From positions 4,752 to 36,751 of the forward strand of contig NC_020305.1 of assembly GCF_000341395.1 (NCBI RefSeq): a DNA stretch of 32,000 nt. The letters run 5' to 3'. The notes beneath the pieces are model-generated. The model was not told where the DNA came from. It did no database searches and saw nothing but the letters and a program-made list of their open reading frames with translations. Source of the DNA: Desulfocapsa sulfexigens DSM 10523 (lineage in GTDB: Bacteria; Desulfobacterota; Desulfobulbia; Desulfobulbales; Desulfocapsaceae). Positions 25,071 through 32,000 of the stretch are shown here, piece after piece; positions within the stretch are counted from its first letter, which is position 1; each line of letters begins with the position of its first letter. A program made the translations under genes and the position numbers.

Positions 25071-25175
25071 AAGTAACGAAAAGGTGTAAATAAACCTGTA
25101 CTTTGTGCGTCCTTTTATGTTAAAATTACATAAAGAGTAAGGGAAAGGCCCTTGCCACATATTTTTTTGTACAGA

Positions 25176-25196
25176 GTGCGTACATTTAGTACGCAC
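25176..25196. promoter_or_regulatory. Palindromic operator GTGCGTAC-N5-GTACGCAC
   Basis: Perfect 8-bp inverted repeat just upstream of the RBS of the gene at 25213. The 12-mer TTTAGTACGCAC recurs at 24718-24729, next to the -35 of the upstream promoter. Confidence 0.55.
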
Positions 25197-25212
25197 AGCA
25201 AAGGAGGTTTTT

Positions 25213-25515
25213 ATGAATATGGCACACGAAATTACTCCGGAACAAATCACCCCTCGCTTTATCGCCGCCCTGGTCAAATGGCAGAAGAAAGGCCGCAGAT
25301 CCGTAGACGTCAAGATCCCGCCTCTTTGGTTTGACGAGGAAGGGGCTGTTTGTACCGTCTGGTGCTACGACAGCGATTTAATGGAAGGTCGCTTTGTTAC
25401 AAAAATTTCCGAGATCCCCACTACAAAACAGCTTGCCGAATCAAAGCGCCTGGCAATCGAAAAAGAAAGGGCCGAATTGCGGCAGAGATTAGCAGAAATG
25501 GAGGGCGAAAAATGA
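25213..25515 (+). CDS. Hypothetical protein (first gene of the recombination module)
   Basis: 100 aa with a strong RBS AAGGAGG. Coiled-coil-like C-terminus. Confidence 0.6.
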   Translation: MNMAHEITPEQITPRFIAALVKWQKKGRRSVDVKIPPLWFDEEGAVCTVWCYDSDLMEGRFVTKISEIPTTKQLAESKRLAIEKERAELRQRLAEMEGEK

Positions 25516-26372
25516 AATTACCGATCATTCAATCACCCCAGCTCGTAAAGCAAACAGAAATAGCCCTGGCCTATGCCCTTTTTCAACGGGAAAGGCACGG
25601 TAAACGGCTGGAACAGGTTGTTTTAGCCCCTGAAAACAAGCGGGGATACCTTGGGGTGTCTTCAATTTCCACCCCGCCGTGTGTGCTGTATTACTCGCTG
25701 ACAAACGAGCCCAAGGAAGAAACGGATCTTCCTTCCCGCTTTGGATTTGATACCGGCCATATTTTAGAAGGATACGTTCTGGATCTGCTCCAGGCCGAGG
25801 AACGCCAGGGGGAATTATCCTGGCCGTATCTTCTCGCCCCTAGTGGGGTTATTAAGGGCCATTTTGATGGCAGGACGAAAAATCTTATGCAGGATGGGGC
25901 TTGTATTATCGAGGTGAAGGCCACCGGGGGGTATTCGTTCAACAAAAAAATAGAGGAAGGTGCAGACAACGGGCATATCGAACAGGCATTCGTTTACGCA
26001 GTCGGCAGCTCCTCCCCCTATTTCGTTATAATTTACTGCAATCGTGAAGCAAAGAAAAGCACTCCTTTTTATGCGGTGTTTGGTTTTCATATTCCGGACA
26101 TGATAGCGGCAAAAAAGGCGGTTCAGGATCTGTTCGCAGAAAGATTCGATCCCGTTTTGTTATCCCTGCACCATGAATTACGGCCGGATCAGCCGGAAAA
26201 ACCCCGTTGGGAGTTCGGCCCCAGGGGCTGGCGGTGCCGCCCCGATTCTTCGTACTTCACTAAAGGCGGGAAGGAAAATTTTACCGTTGGCTATTGCTCT
26301 TACCGGGGAACCTGTCCGGAAGGGCTGGCGTACCGCGAAATCGAAGAGGAAAGAAAGGTCGCAGCGGCATAA
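25512..26372 (+). CDS. PD-(D/E)xK exonuclease, RecB/Cas4-like, with C-terminal cysteines
   Basis: I prefer the ATG at 25512, which overlaps the upstream stop. HFDGR...IIEVKAT (D...ExK) and QAFVY (QxxxY). Cysteines at PPCVLYY, WRCRP and GYCSYRGTCP suggest an Fe-S cluster. Confidence 0.75.
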   Translation: MKLPIIQSPQLVKQTEIALAYALFQRERHGKRLEQVVLAPENKRGYLGVSSISTPPCVLYYSLTNEPKEETDLPSRFGFDTGHILEGYVLDLLQAEERQGELSWPYLLAPSGVIKGHFDGRTKNLMQDGACIIEVKATGGYSFNKKIEEGADNGHIEQAFVYAVGSSSPYFVIIYCNREAKKSTPFYAVFGFHIPDMIAAKKAVQDLFAERFDPVLLSLHHELRPDQPEKPRWEFGPRGWRCRPDSSYFTKGGKENFTVGYCSYRGTCPEGLAYREIEEERKVAAA

Positions 26373-26380
26373 ATAAAAGC

Positions 26381-26408
26381 GTCGCCCTGGGCATTGCCCC
26401 AGGGCGAC
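26381..26408 (+). other. 11-bp perfect GC-rich hairpin between the nuclease and ATPase genes
   Basis: gtcgccctggg (26381-26391) pairs with cccagggcgac (26398-26408). No U-tract follows. Confidence 0.5.
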
Positions 26409-26428
26409 AGCACAGCGAGGCACAGATT

Positions 26429-27325
26429 ATGACTCTCTTTCAAAAAGCAGAACGAAAAAAAGCAAAACTCCGGCTCTCAATCGACGGGCCGAGCGGATCC
26501 GGGAAAACCCACTCCGGTTTACTGGTGGCCGGTGGCCTGGTACCGGATGGAAAAATATTTTTAATTGATACTGAGCGCGACAGCGCAACCCTGGAAACCG
26601 GAAAGCCGGGCATTCCTGATTTTTTCCACGCCCCCCTTACCCCACCGTTTACCCCGGCAAAGTATCGGGAATACATCGAGGCCGCAACTACGGAAGGGGC
26701 GGACGTAATTATAATTGATTCACTCTCTCATGCCTGGTCAGGCTCCGGGGGCGTGCTGGACATGCACGACACCGCAAGCAAGGCACAGCGGGGCGGGAAC
26801 AGCTGGGCCGCCTGGCGGGAAGTGACCCCGGAACACAACGCCCTGGTCGATGCAATTTTACAGGCCCCCTGCCATATCGTTTGCACTATGCGGACAAAAA
26901 CAGCATGGGAAGTGGTGGAAACCAGCAACGGCAAGAAGGCCCCGCAGAAAATAGGCCTCAAACCGGAACAGCGGGAAGGTATGGAATACGAGTTTACCCT
27001 TGTTCTGGATCTTGCCCTTGAAGGCCATATTGCAACGGCCAGCAAAGACCGAACATCCCTTTTCGATGGAAAACACTTTGTGCCTGGTATCGGAACTGGT
27101 GAAGAGTTGGCCGAGTGGTTGAACACTGGCCGGGATCCGGAAGAGATCAGCGCAGCAGCTCTCAAAAAACTGAAAGCTGCTGTCTCCAAAATTAAGGCCG
27201 TGCCCCATCTGGAAAACTGGTGGAAGGCGCATAGACCCGAGGCCGACAGACTGACCCCTGATGATCGGGAATGCCTGGTTACCCATTGTGCCGCCAGAAA
27301 AGAAAAGTTAATCGAAGAAGAATAA
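26429..27325 (+). CDS. AAA_24 / Sak4-like RecA-fold ATPase (phage recombination family)
   Basis: I prefer the ATG at 26429. KAKLRLSIDGPSGSGKTHSGL Walker A near the N-terminus, VIIIDSLSHAW Walker B, about 300 aa. Confidence 0.8.
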   Translation: MTLFQKAERKKAKLRLSIDGPSGSGKTHSGLLVAGGLVPDGKIFLIDTERDSATLETGKPGIPDFFHAPLTPPFTPAKYREYIEAATTEGADVIIIDSLSHAWSGSGGVLDMHDTASKAQRGGNSWAAWREVTPEHNALVDAILQAPCHIVCTMRTKTAWEVVETSNGKKAPQKIGLKPEQREGMEYEFTLVLDLALEGHIATASKDRTSLFDGKHFVPGIGTGEELAEWLNTGRDPEEISAAALKKLKAAVSKIKAVPHLENWWKAHRPEADRLTPDDRECLVTHCAARKEKLIEEE

Positions 27326-27364
27326 AGAATATGGGGCGGGCAAACCGCCCCTGGAGGTGATAAG

Positions 27365-27595
27365 ATGATGGTTTATGACGTATTATTCAAACGCGGAGAA
27401 AATGAGGGCAAGGGAATCTGGATGAAATGTGGTATTGTCCTGCAGAAACCAAACGGCAAAATGAGCCTGAAACTTGATACTGTGCCGGTCGGTGGTGATT
27501 TTGACGGCTGGATGGTAATATCAGAGCGCAGGCAGAACAACAGCGAACAAGACAACGTGCCGGAGATCCCGCAGGGGCAGGACGTACCATTTTAG
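27365..27595 (+). CDS. Small protein with an SSB-like C-terminal tip (..QGQDVPF)
   Basis: 76 aa with RBS GGAGGTG. The beta-rich N-terminal half could be a mini OB fold. The C-terminus resembles the SSB DDDIPF tail. Confidence 0.55.
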   Translation: MMVYDVLFKRGENEGKGIWMKCGIVLQKPNGKMSLKLDTVPVGGDFDGWMVISERRQNNSEQDNVPEIPQGQDVPF

Positions 27596-27606
27596 AGGAA
27601 GAGACC

Positions 27607-27927
27607 ATGGAGCAGATACCGCTTGATGAATATATAGCAGGAGTTGAAACCCTGGTGCCGCTGGCCCAGGGTGACACCGGAGGAGCCAGGGTTGCCGCCC
27701 AGGTACTTTTATCCGCCTATAACGGAGAGGATTACCAGCTCAACATTGTTGATTTGGGACTCCTGGACGAAAAGCATTACCAGGCAGCGTTGGCTGTGAT
27801 CCGGGGGAGGACAGAACTCCGGGCCGAACCTCACACCCTGATTTTTGATGGGGATAAGATATTCAAAACGTTGTGGCAGGACTGGAAGGGGTATCATGTC
27901 CAGCGACGAAGCCAGCTTTACGAGTAA
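27607..27927 (+). CDS. Hypothetical protein
   Basis: 106 aa, RBS GAGGAAGAG, same strand and tight spacing with the module. Confidence 0.6.
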   Translation: MEQIPLDEYIAGVETLVPLAQGDTGGARVAAQVLLSAYNGEDYQLNIVDLGLLDEKHYQAALAVIRGRTELRAEPHTLIFDGDKIFKTLWQDWKGYHVQRRSQLYE

Positions 27928-28210
27928 AACGCGGCATGTTTTCTGTTGCTTACACCGGGCAGGGTATTCTCCTGCCCGGATAATCTGTTTCTGTTTAGGC
28001 GGCACTACTTATATTTAGGAATAAGGTAACATCTACATATCGCATTCCATGTTTCCTTGCCGTTGGATTCATTCTCAACAGTGTGATAAATATGCTTGTG
28101 TAACCATTTATTGCGCTTACACTGAATCGGCCACCGACTTTCTATTTTACCCTTCTTGATATATGTTATGATGGAAAATACTAAACAAATTATTGCATAG
28201 GAGATACATT

Positions 28211-28654
28211 ATGAAAAAGGTAATCTTCATAGTAAGTATATTGGCAATGCTTACGGTATCAGCAATAGCACGTACTTGGTATGATGAAGATGGTAATGTA
28301 ATTTCTGGTTCAATATCATCCGATGGCGTTTTCCTTACAGAGAAAGAAATTGCAGAAATTGAGGCAAAAGAAGCTGAAGCTCGAAGAAAACTGTCTGAAT
28401 CCACGGTTACTACCAAGAAGACTAAAGAAAGAAATTATACCTCTCCATCTTCTGGTAATTTCACTCGATCTTATAGTTCAGTAAAGGCTTGTTATGATAT
28501 AGCTGCTATGGCCCACCTGACTGCTATCAGGGATTCGTCTGTCAAAGAATCCAATTATGAGCATGGTGTGGCGACAATAGAGTTTAAAAGTGGTAGGATG
28601 GTTAACTATACTTGCCTTGACAATGTTCTCATGTTTACGGAAATACACAAATAA
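28211..28654 (+). CDS. Secreted hypothetical protein (AT-rich cargo)
   Basis: ATG at 28211 with an AGGAG RBS. Signal peptide MKKVIFIVSILAMLTVSAIA. Confidence 0.6.
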   Translation: MKKVIFIVSILAMLTVSAIARTWYDEDGNVISGSISSDGVFLTEKEIAEIEAKEAEARRKLSESTVTTKKTKERNYTSPSSGNFTRSYSSVKACYDIAAMAHLTAIRDSSVKESNYEHGVATIEFKSGRMVNYTCLDNVLMFTEIHK

Positions 28655-28911
28655 TTACAAAATCAATGGCTATTTAAATGCGGTTTCTCGGGAGTGAGCA
28701 CAATCCTGAGACAACCACCCAAAGTAGCACGATGTTATTGTAATGATTACCGGCCGTTTGAATAACCAGTGGAAATCTTATTGATTCCATCAAATTTTTA
28801 TATATTAACTTACTACCGTATCAACGAACCATCACTCAAGTTGAGTCTGCATTGAATTCCTGTCAGATGCCTTACTGGAGAGAGTAACACAAACGAAGGT
28901 TTACGTTACCA

Positions 28912-28942
28912 CCCGGCCCGGATCTCCGAGCCGGGCTTTTTT
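28912..28942 (+). terminator. Rho-independent terminator
   Basis: cccggcccgg / ccgagccggg stem with one mismatch and loop atct, followed by cTTTTTT. Confidence 0.65.
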
Positions 28943-29123
28943 AGCTGTTATTCGGTAACGAAACTCAGTAAAGTAATCTAAGTAATGTTTTGAACCAGTT
29001 TTACGGGTTGCGTTACCATTTTGAGCAGACATCGAGGGTGCCGCCGGTCAGATCCGGACAAAAAACCTTCTCCCGGGTTGTGCCGGCAGCTGTTATGGAT
29101 AAGTAAAGTTATGAGGTAACGAA

Positions 29124-29675
29124 ATGAAAATAGGATACGCCCGAGTGAGCACCGGGGATCAAAACCCTGAGCTGCAGATCGACGCATTAGAAAAAGCAGG
29201 CTGTGAAAAAATATACACCGACAAAATCAGTGGAGCCAAAACGGACAGGCCAAACCTGAAAGATGCCCTGGGATATGTGCGGAAGGGTGATTGTCTGGTT
29301 GTCTGGCGGCTGGATCGTTTGGGCCGGAGCCTGAAACATCTGATAGAGGTTGTGGAAGGGCTGGAAGCCCAGGGAACGGGGTTTATTTCTTTGCAGGAAG
29401 GATTTGACACTACTTCCAGCGGCGGCAAGCTGGTTTTCCAGATTTTTGGAGCGCTGGCCGAATTTGAACGAAACCTGATCCGGGAGCGGACAAAGGCCGG
29501 ACTGGAGGCAGCCAGGGCCAGGGGCAGGGTAGGAGGAAGAAAGGCCAAGCTGGACAGTGACCAGGTGGGCACACTCAAGGCCATGCACGAAAGCCGGAAG
29601 CATACCATCAAAGAGATATGCTCTGTTTTTGGAATCTCGAAGCCGACTTTTTACAGATATCTGGAGGCTGAGTAA
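29124..29675 (+). CDS. Small serine recombinase (resolvase/invertase family)
   Basis: MKIGYARVSTGDQNPELQ with the catalytic Ser, VVWRLDRLGRS, GALAEFERNLIRERT, and the C-terminal HTH IKEICSVFGISKPTFYRYL. 183 aa. Confidence 0.95.
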   Translation: MKIGYARVSTGDQNPELQIDALEKAGCEKIYTDKISGAKTDRPNLKDALGYVRKGDCLVVWRLDRLGRSLKHLIEVVEGLEAQGTGFISLQEGFDTTSSGGKLVFQIFGALAEFERNLIRERTKAGLEAARARGRVGGRKAKLDSDQVGTLKAMHESRKHTIKEICSVFGISKPTFYRYLEAE

Positions 29676-30013
29676 TGGAACTGACAGAAAAAGATGCAGC
29701 TATTGCCTATGCAAAGGCATGGAATGCACTGGATTGCAGTGATTTTCTCGAATTGCTGGCTGATGACTGCACCTACGAATCTCAATGGGTAACCAGCGCA
29801 CTGGAAGGTAAGGAGGCAATCTCAAAATATCTTACCGGAAAAATGAAAACGGTAAAAACCGGGGGAGGGGCAACTGTACGTGCGGAACATGCACTTACCA
29901 CTGTTCCCGCATTTTTAAGAGAGGAAGGTCGCGATTGTGTCGTGTTAACCCAATGTATTGAGAAAGAAGTACAGGTTGCCATTCTTTTCGAAGTTGCAGA
30001 TGGAAAAATCTAA
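29675..30013 (+). CDS. NTF2/SnoaL-like fold protein
   Basis: 112 aa. AIAYAKAWNALDCSDFLELLADDCTYES is a typical SnoaL-like N-terminus. The ATG overlaps the recombinase stop. Confidence 0.6.
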   Translation: MELTEKDAAIAYAKAWNALDCSDFLELLADDCTYESQWVTSALEGKEAISKYLTGKMKTVKTGGGATVRAEHALTTVPAFLREEGRDCVVLTQCIEKEVQVAILFEVADGKI

Positions 30014-30410
30014 AGATATGATTGCTGTGCGCCGGAATTTTACCAGCCACAGGTAACTGGAGGCTGAATAAATAATTGATTTAATGGTGCTCATTTACAG
30101 TGAGCACCCATCTAGAAAATACTCAAAAAGTTTGCCCACTTTTCAAAGTGGCCGCCGGAGGCATCTGGAAGCAGTAAAAGTGGTTTTTTGTTGTGAGAAA
30201 GTTTTGCCAAAAACTTTTTTTGGAACAAAAAACCAACACGCCCCTCATCATTAAGAAAAATAGGTTCAGTCAAGTAAAAAAAGTTCCACTGAATTTGATT
30301 GAAAATCTATCCCTCGGTTGATCGATCAGGGATATTGAAACACTCTTTTTTTACTTTACTGGTTCTATTTTTTTTAATAGCCCCGCCGGGTCTTTTTCCG
30401 GCGGGAAACT

Positions 30411-30926
30411 TACCCCGGCCCGGAACACCTTGCCCAGATCTGACTTACCGGGCCGGGGCATAAGCGGGGCAGTATCCCGCGTCCACTGTGATTCGCGCAA
30501 GCGGACACTTACCGGTAAAACTGGCGTGAGCTTTTGCCCCTGAAACTCCATTTAATTGAAGCGGGAAGATGCAAAAGCCGTGACAGTTTTAACCGGAATC
30601 CGTGTCAGGTGTGGCCTCCGCGCTTTTGCGGTGGACACCACTTTAGGCAGGACTTGGGCTTACTCACCAAAGCCGGTACCGGACAGGCTCCCAGGTGTAG
30701 TTTCTGGGTGCGTGGCCGGAGAAAGGATCCTGGATCTGCCACGGATCGGGATCAGGTGTGGCCTCCGCACATTTTTATAGCGGGCGCAGTATTTTTTTGT
30801 GCCTGCTATAAAATATGTGCCGGTGGACACCACACTAAGCAGGTGGTGAATCTACAACCAGAGCGCACAGAGGCAGGGCTCCTGGCGTGTTGTTTTGCCA
30901 GGTGCACTGCCGAAGCTGGAAACCTT
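30411..30926 (-). repeat. Long copy B of the GC-rich hairpin-dense element (inverted relative to copy A)
   Basis: See copy A. Several 60-nt blocks are identical. The differences cluster in the terminal hairpin loop and near 30850-30870. Confidence 0.95.
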
Positions 30927-30929
30927 CAG

Positions 30930-31113
30930 GTAAGGGATCAACAAGAAGTTACGATCTTCGATCTGGCAATATTAACGTGTAAATGAGTATTGTGTTTGAA
31001 TGCATAAGCAGAAAGAAGAAAACAAGAAGAGACCTCCTGTGGTAGAATTAGCTTAGGAGCTGACCGTGACAGCATAAAGCCGCACAGAATCATTAGCCAC
31101 AAGGAGGTCTCTT
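30930..31113 (+). ncRNA. Candidate IS110 bridge RNA / structured 5-prime non-coding end
   Basis: A 15-bp stem with one bulge: agagacctcctgtgg (31028-31042) pairs with ccacaaggaggtctct (31097-31112). It encloses about 54 nt and sequesters the RBS. IS110-group elements are reported to encode the bridge RNA upstream of the recombinase. Confidence 0.4.
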
Positions 31114-32000
31114 ATGAACAGTATGCATTATATTGGATTTGACATCCACAAAAAGGTTATCAGTTTCTGTGAAAAGCGGATTGATGGAACTACTGTGGAT
31201 CAAGGAATGATTCGAGCCACGCGAGACAGTTTAACTGATTGGGTTGCAAAACGAGAAACCTCTTGGGTTGGTGCAATGGAAGCCACTCTGTTTACCGGGT
31301 GGATATACGATTACCTGCTACCATATGCCCAGGAACTAAAAGTTGCTCACCCTGAGATGCTCAAGGCAATAACAGCCGCCAAGAAAAAAAATGACGCGGC
31401 CGATGCGGAGAAGATCGCAGATTTGCTTCGCTGCAACCTCCTCCCTGAATGCTACATGGCCCCGGAGGAACATCGCAACCTACGTCGCATTCTCCGTTAC
31501 CGGAACCTTTTAGTCAGAGAAGCGGCAAAGATGAAGACCAAGACTGCCACCCTTTTGATGGAAGTGGGAGCGGAGTATAACAAACGACGCCTTCACGGGA
31601 GTAAATATTTTCAGGAACTGCTCAGTACCCTGGAATATGTACCCGAATCGGTACTCAACCTTCTACAGATGAGCCGAAGCAGCATGGAATTCTTTGACAG
31701 AATGCAGAAATCACTTATCAGTGCACTTGGCAATAATCCGCAGATCAGTCAACGAGTTGAGTTATTAAGGAGTATCCGGGGTATTGGTGAGGTAACAGCT
31801 CTTACCTGGGTGCTTGAAATCGGAGATGTTTATCGATTTGGCCGTATCAACCAGGCGGTCAGTTACTGTGGACTATGTAGCGCACAGAAAGAATCAGCAG
31901 GGAAAGAGATTCGAGGACCGCTATCCAAGAAACGGAATAAACATTTACAGACCGTACTGATTGAGGCTGCCAAACTGGCGCCGCACTGGAACCCTCAATT
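31114..32000 (+). CDS. IS110-family DEDD transposase/recombinase (3-prime truncated by the window edge)
   Basis: My own translation: MNSMHYIGFDIHKKVISF..AMEATLFTGW..KKKNDAADAEKIADLLR..LLRSIRGIGEVTALTWVLEIGDVYRF..SYCGLCSAQKESAGKEIRGPLSKKRNKHL. It is absent from the ORF track because there is no stop within the window. Confidence 0.9.
   Translation, partial: MNSMHYIGFDIHKKVISFCEKRIDGTTVDQGMIRATRDSLTDWVAKRETSWVGAMEATLFTGWIYDYLLPYAQELKVAHPEMLKAITAAKKKNDAADAEKIADLLRCNLLPECYMAPEEHRNLRRILRYRNLLVREAAKMKTKTATLLMEVGAEYNKRRLHGSKYFQELLSTLEYVPESVLNLLQMSRSSMEFFDRMQKSLISALGNNPQISQRVELLRSIRGIGEVTALTWVLEIGDVYRFGRINQAVSYCGLCSAQKESAGKEIRGPLSKKRNKHLQTVLIEAAKLAPHWNPQ

Larger units (their letters stand above)
30927..32000 (+). 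mobile_element. IS110-family insertion sequence, partial (runs off the window); exact left end undetermined
   Basis: The transposase gene starts at 31114. Homology between repeat copies A and B stops at 30926, immediately before this region. Confidence 0.8.

Noticed and set aside
23621-25093. Numerous overlapping ORFs of 60-203 aa on both strands (for example 23766..24242 minus, 24268..24771 plus, 24393..25004 minus, 24794..25093 plus)
   Set aside because: Up to four or five frames are open at once. The translations are Arg/Pro/Gly/Trp/Cys-rich with no motifs. Stop-codon scarcity is explained by the high GC content and the A-poor composition. The region is dominated by hairpins and repeats, so I treat it as non-coding.
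29124-29675. Calling the serine recombinase specifically a Hin/Gin-type invertase responsible for flipping the 6-kb segment
   Set aside because: The protein is equally similar by eye to resolvases. I found no 26-bp hix/gix-like crossover sites within the long inverted repeats. I kept this as a hypothesis under the inverted-repeat finding rather than as an annotation.
30351-30986. ORFs 30351..30551 (minus), 30534..30986 (plus) and 30556..30780 (plus)
   Set aside because: They are mirror images of the spurious ORFs in repeat copy A and arise only because the repeat is duplicated. The 150-aa ORF changes sequence exactly where the repeat ends, which is not protein-like behaviour.

Overview
The window reads as a mosaic plasmid-like (or integrative plasmid or phage-plasmid) segment. 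Composition by eye separates a roughly 50% GC backbone, AT-rich cargo islands and one very GC-rich non-coding region.

Backbone, in order:
- a ParA plus ribbon-helix-helix partition pair (6124-7130)
- a Rep_3/RepB-type initiator with nine 21-bp iterons and an AT-rich stretch (10259-12060)
- a secreted staphylococcal-nuclease homolog, an XRE regulator and a 992-aa zinc-finger/TOPRIM primase fused to a P-loop domain
- a dense GGTGCA repeat field (16862-17172)
- a translationally coupled operon led by a tyrosine recombinase (17333-20529), then HU
- a phage-type recombination module with a Cas4-like nuclease and an AAA_24/Sak4-like ATPase (25213-27927)
- a small serine recombinase
- a partial IS110-family element running off the right edge

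AT-rich cargo:
- a tight five-gene operon (237-5808): GhrA-like dehydrogenase, membrane-anchored PLD-like protein, GshB-like ATP-grasp ligase, C45 Ntn-hydrolase and B12-type radical SAM enzyme
- a monocistronic 894-aa protein (7351-10035) combining an N-terminal PD-(D/E)xK nuclease, a STAND-like P-loop NTPase and a C-terminal S1 domain
- a clearly BamHI-like R-C-M restriction-modification cassette (21409-23637) with a C-box

Most unusual features:
- The 894-aa nuclease-NTPase-S1 protein is my best candidate for an undescribed single-gene immunity system.
- The five-gene operon is the second candidate.
- A GC-rich, hairpin-dense non-coding element occurs in three copies. Two ~514-bp copies are inverted and ~98% identical, and they bracket a 6-kb module. 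One ~109-bp short copy forms a direct-repeat pair around the R-M cassette.
- Next to the first long copy lies about 0.85 kb of further GC-rich non-coding sequence (24365-25212), partly A-poor, with a near-consensus promoter.

I saw no tRNA, rRNA or CRISPR array. All homology statements come from reading motifs by eye, not from searches.
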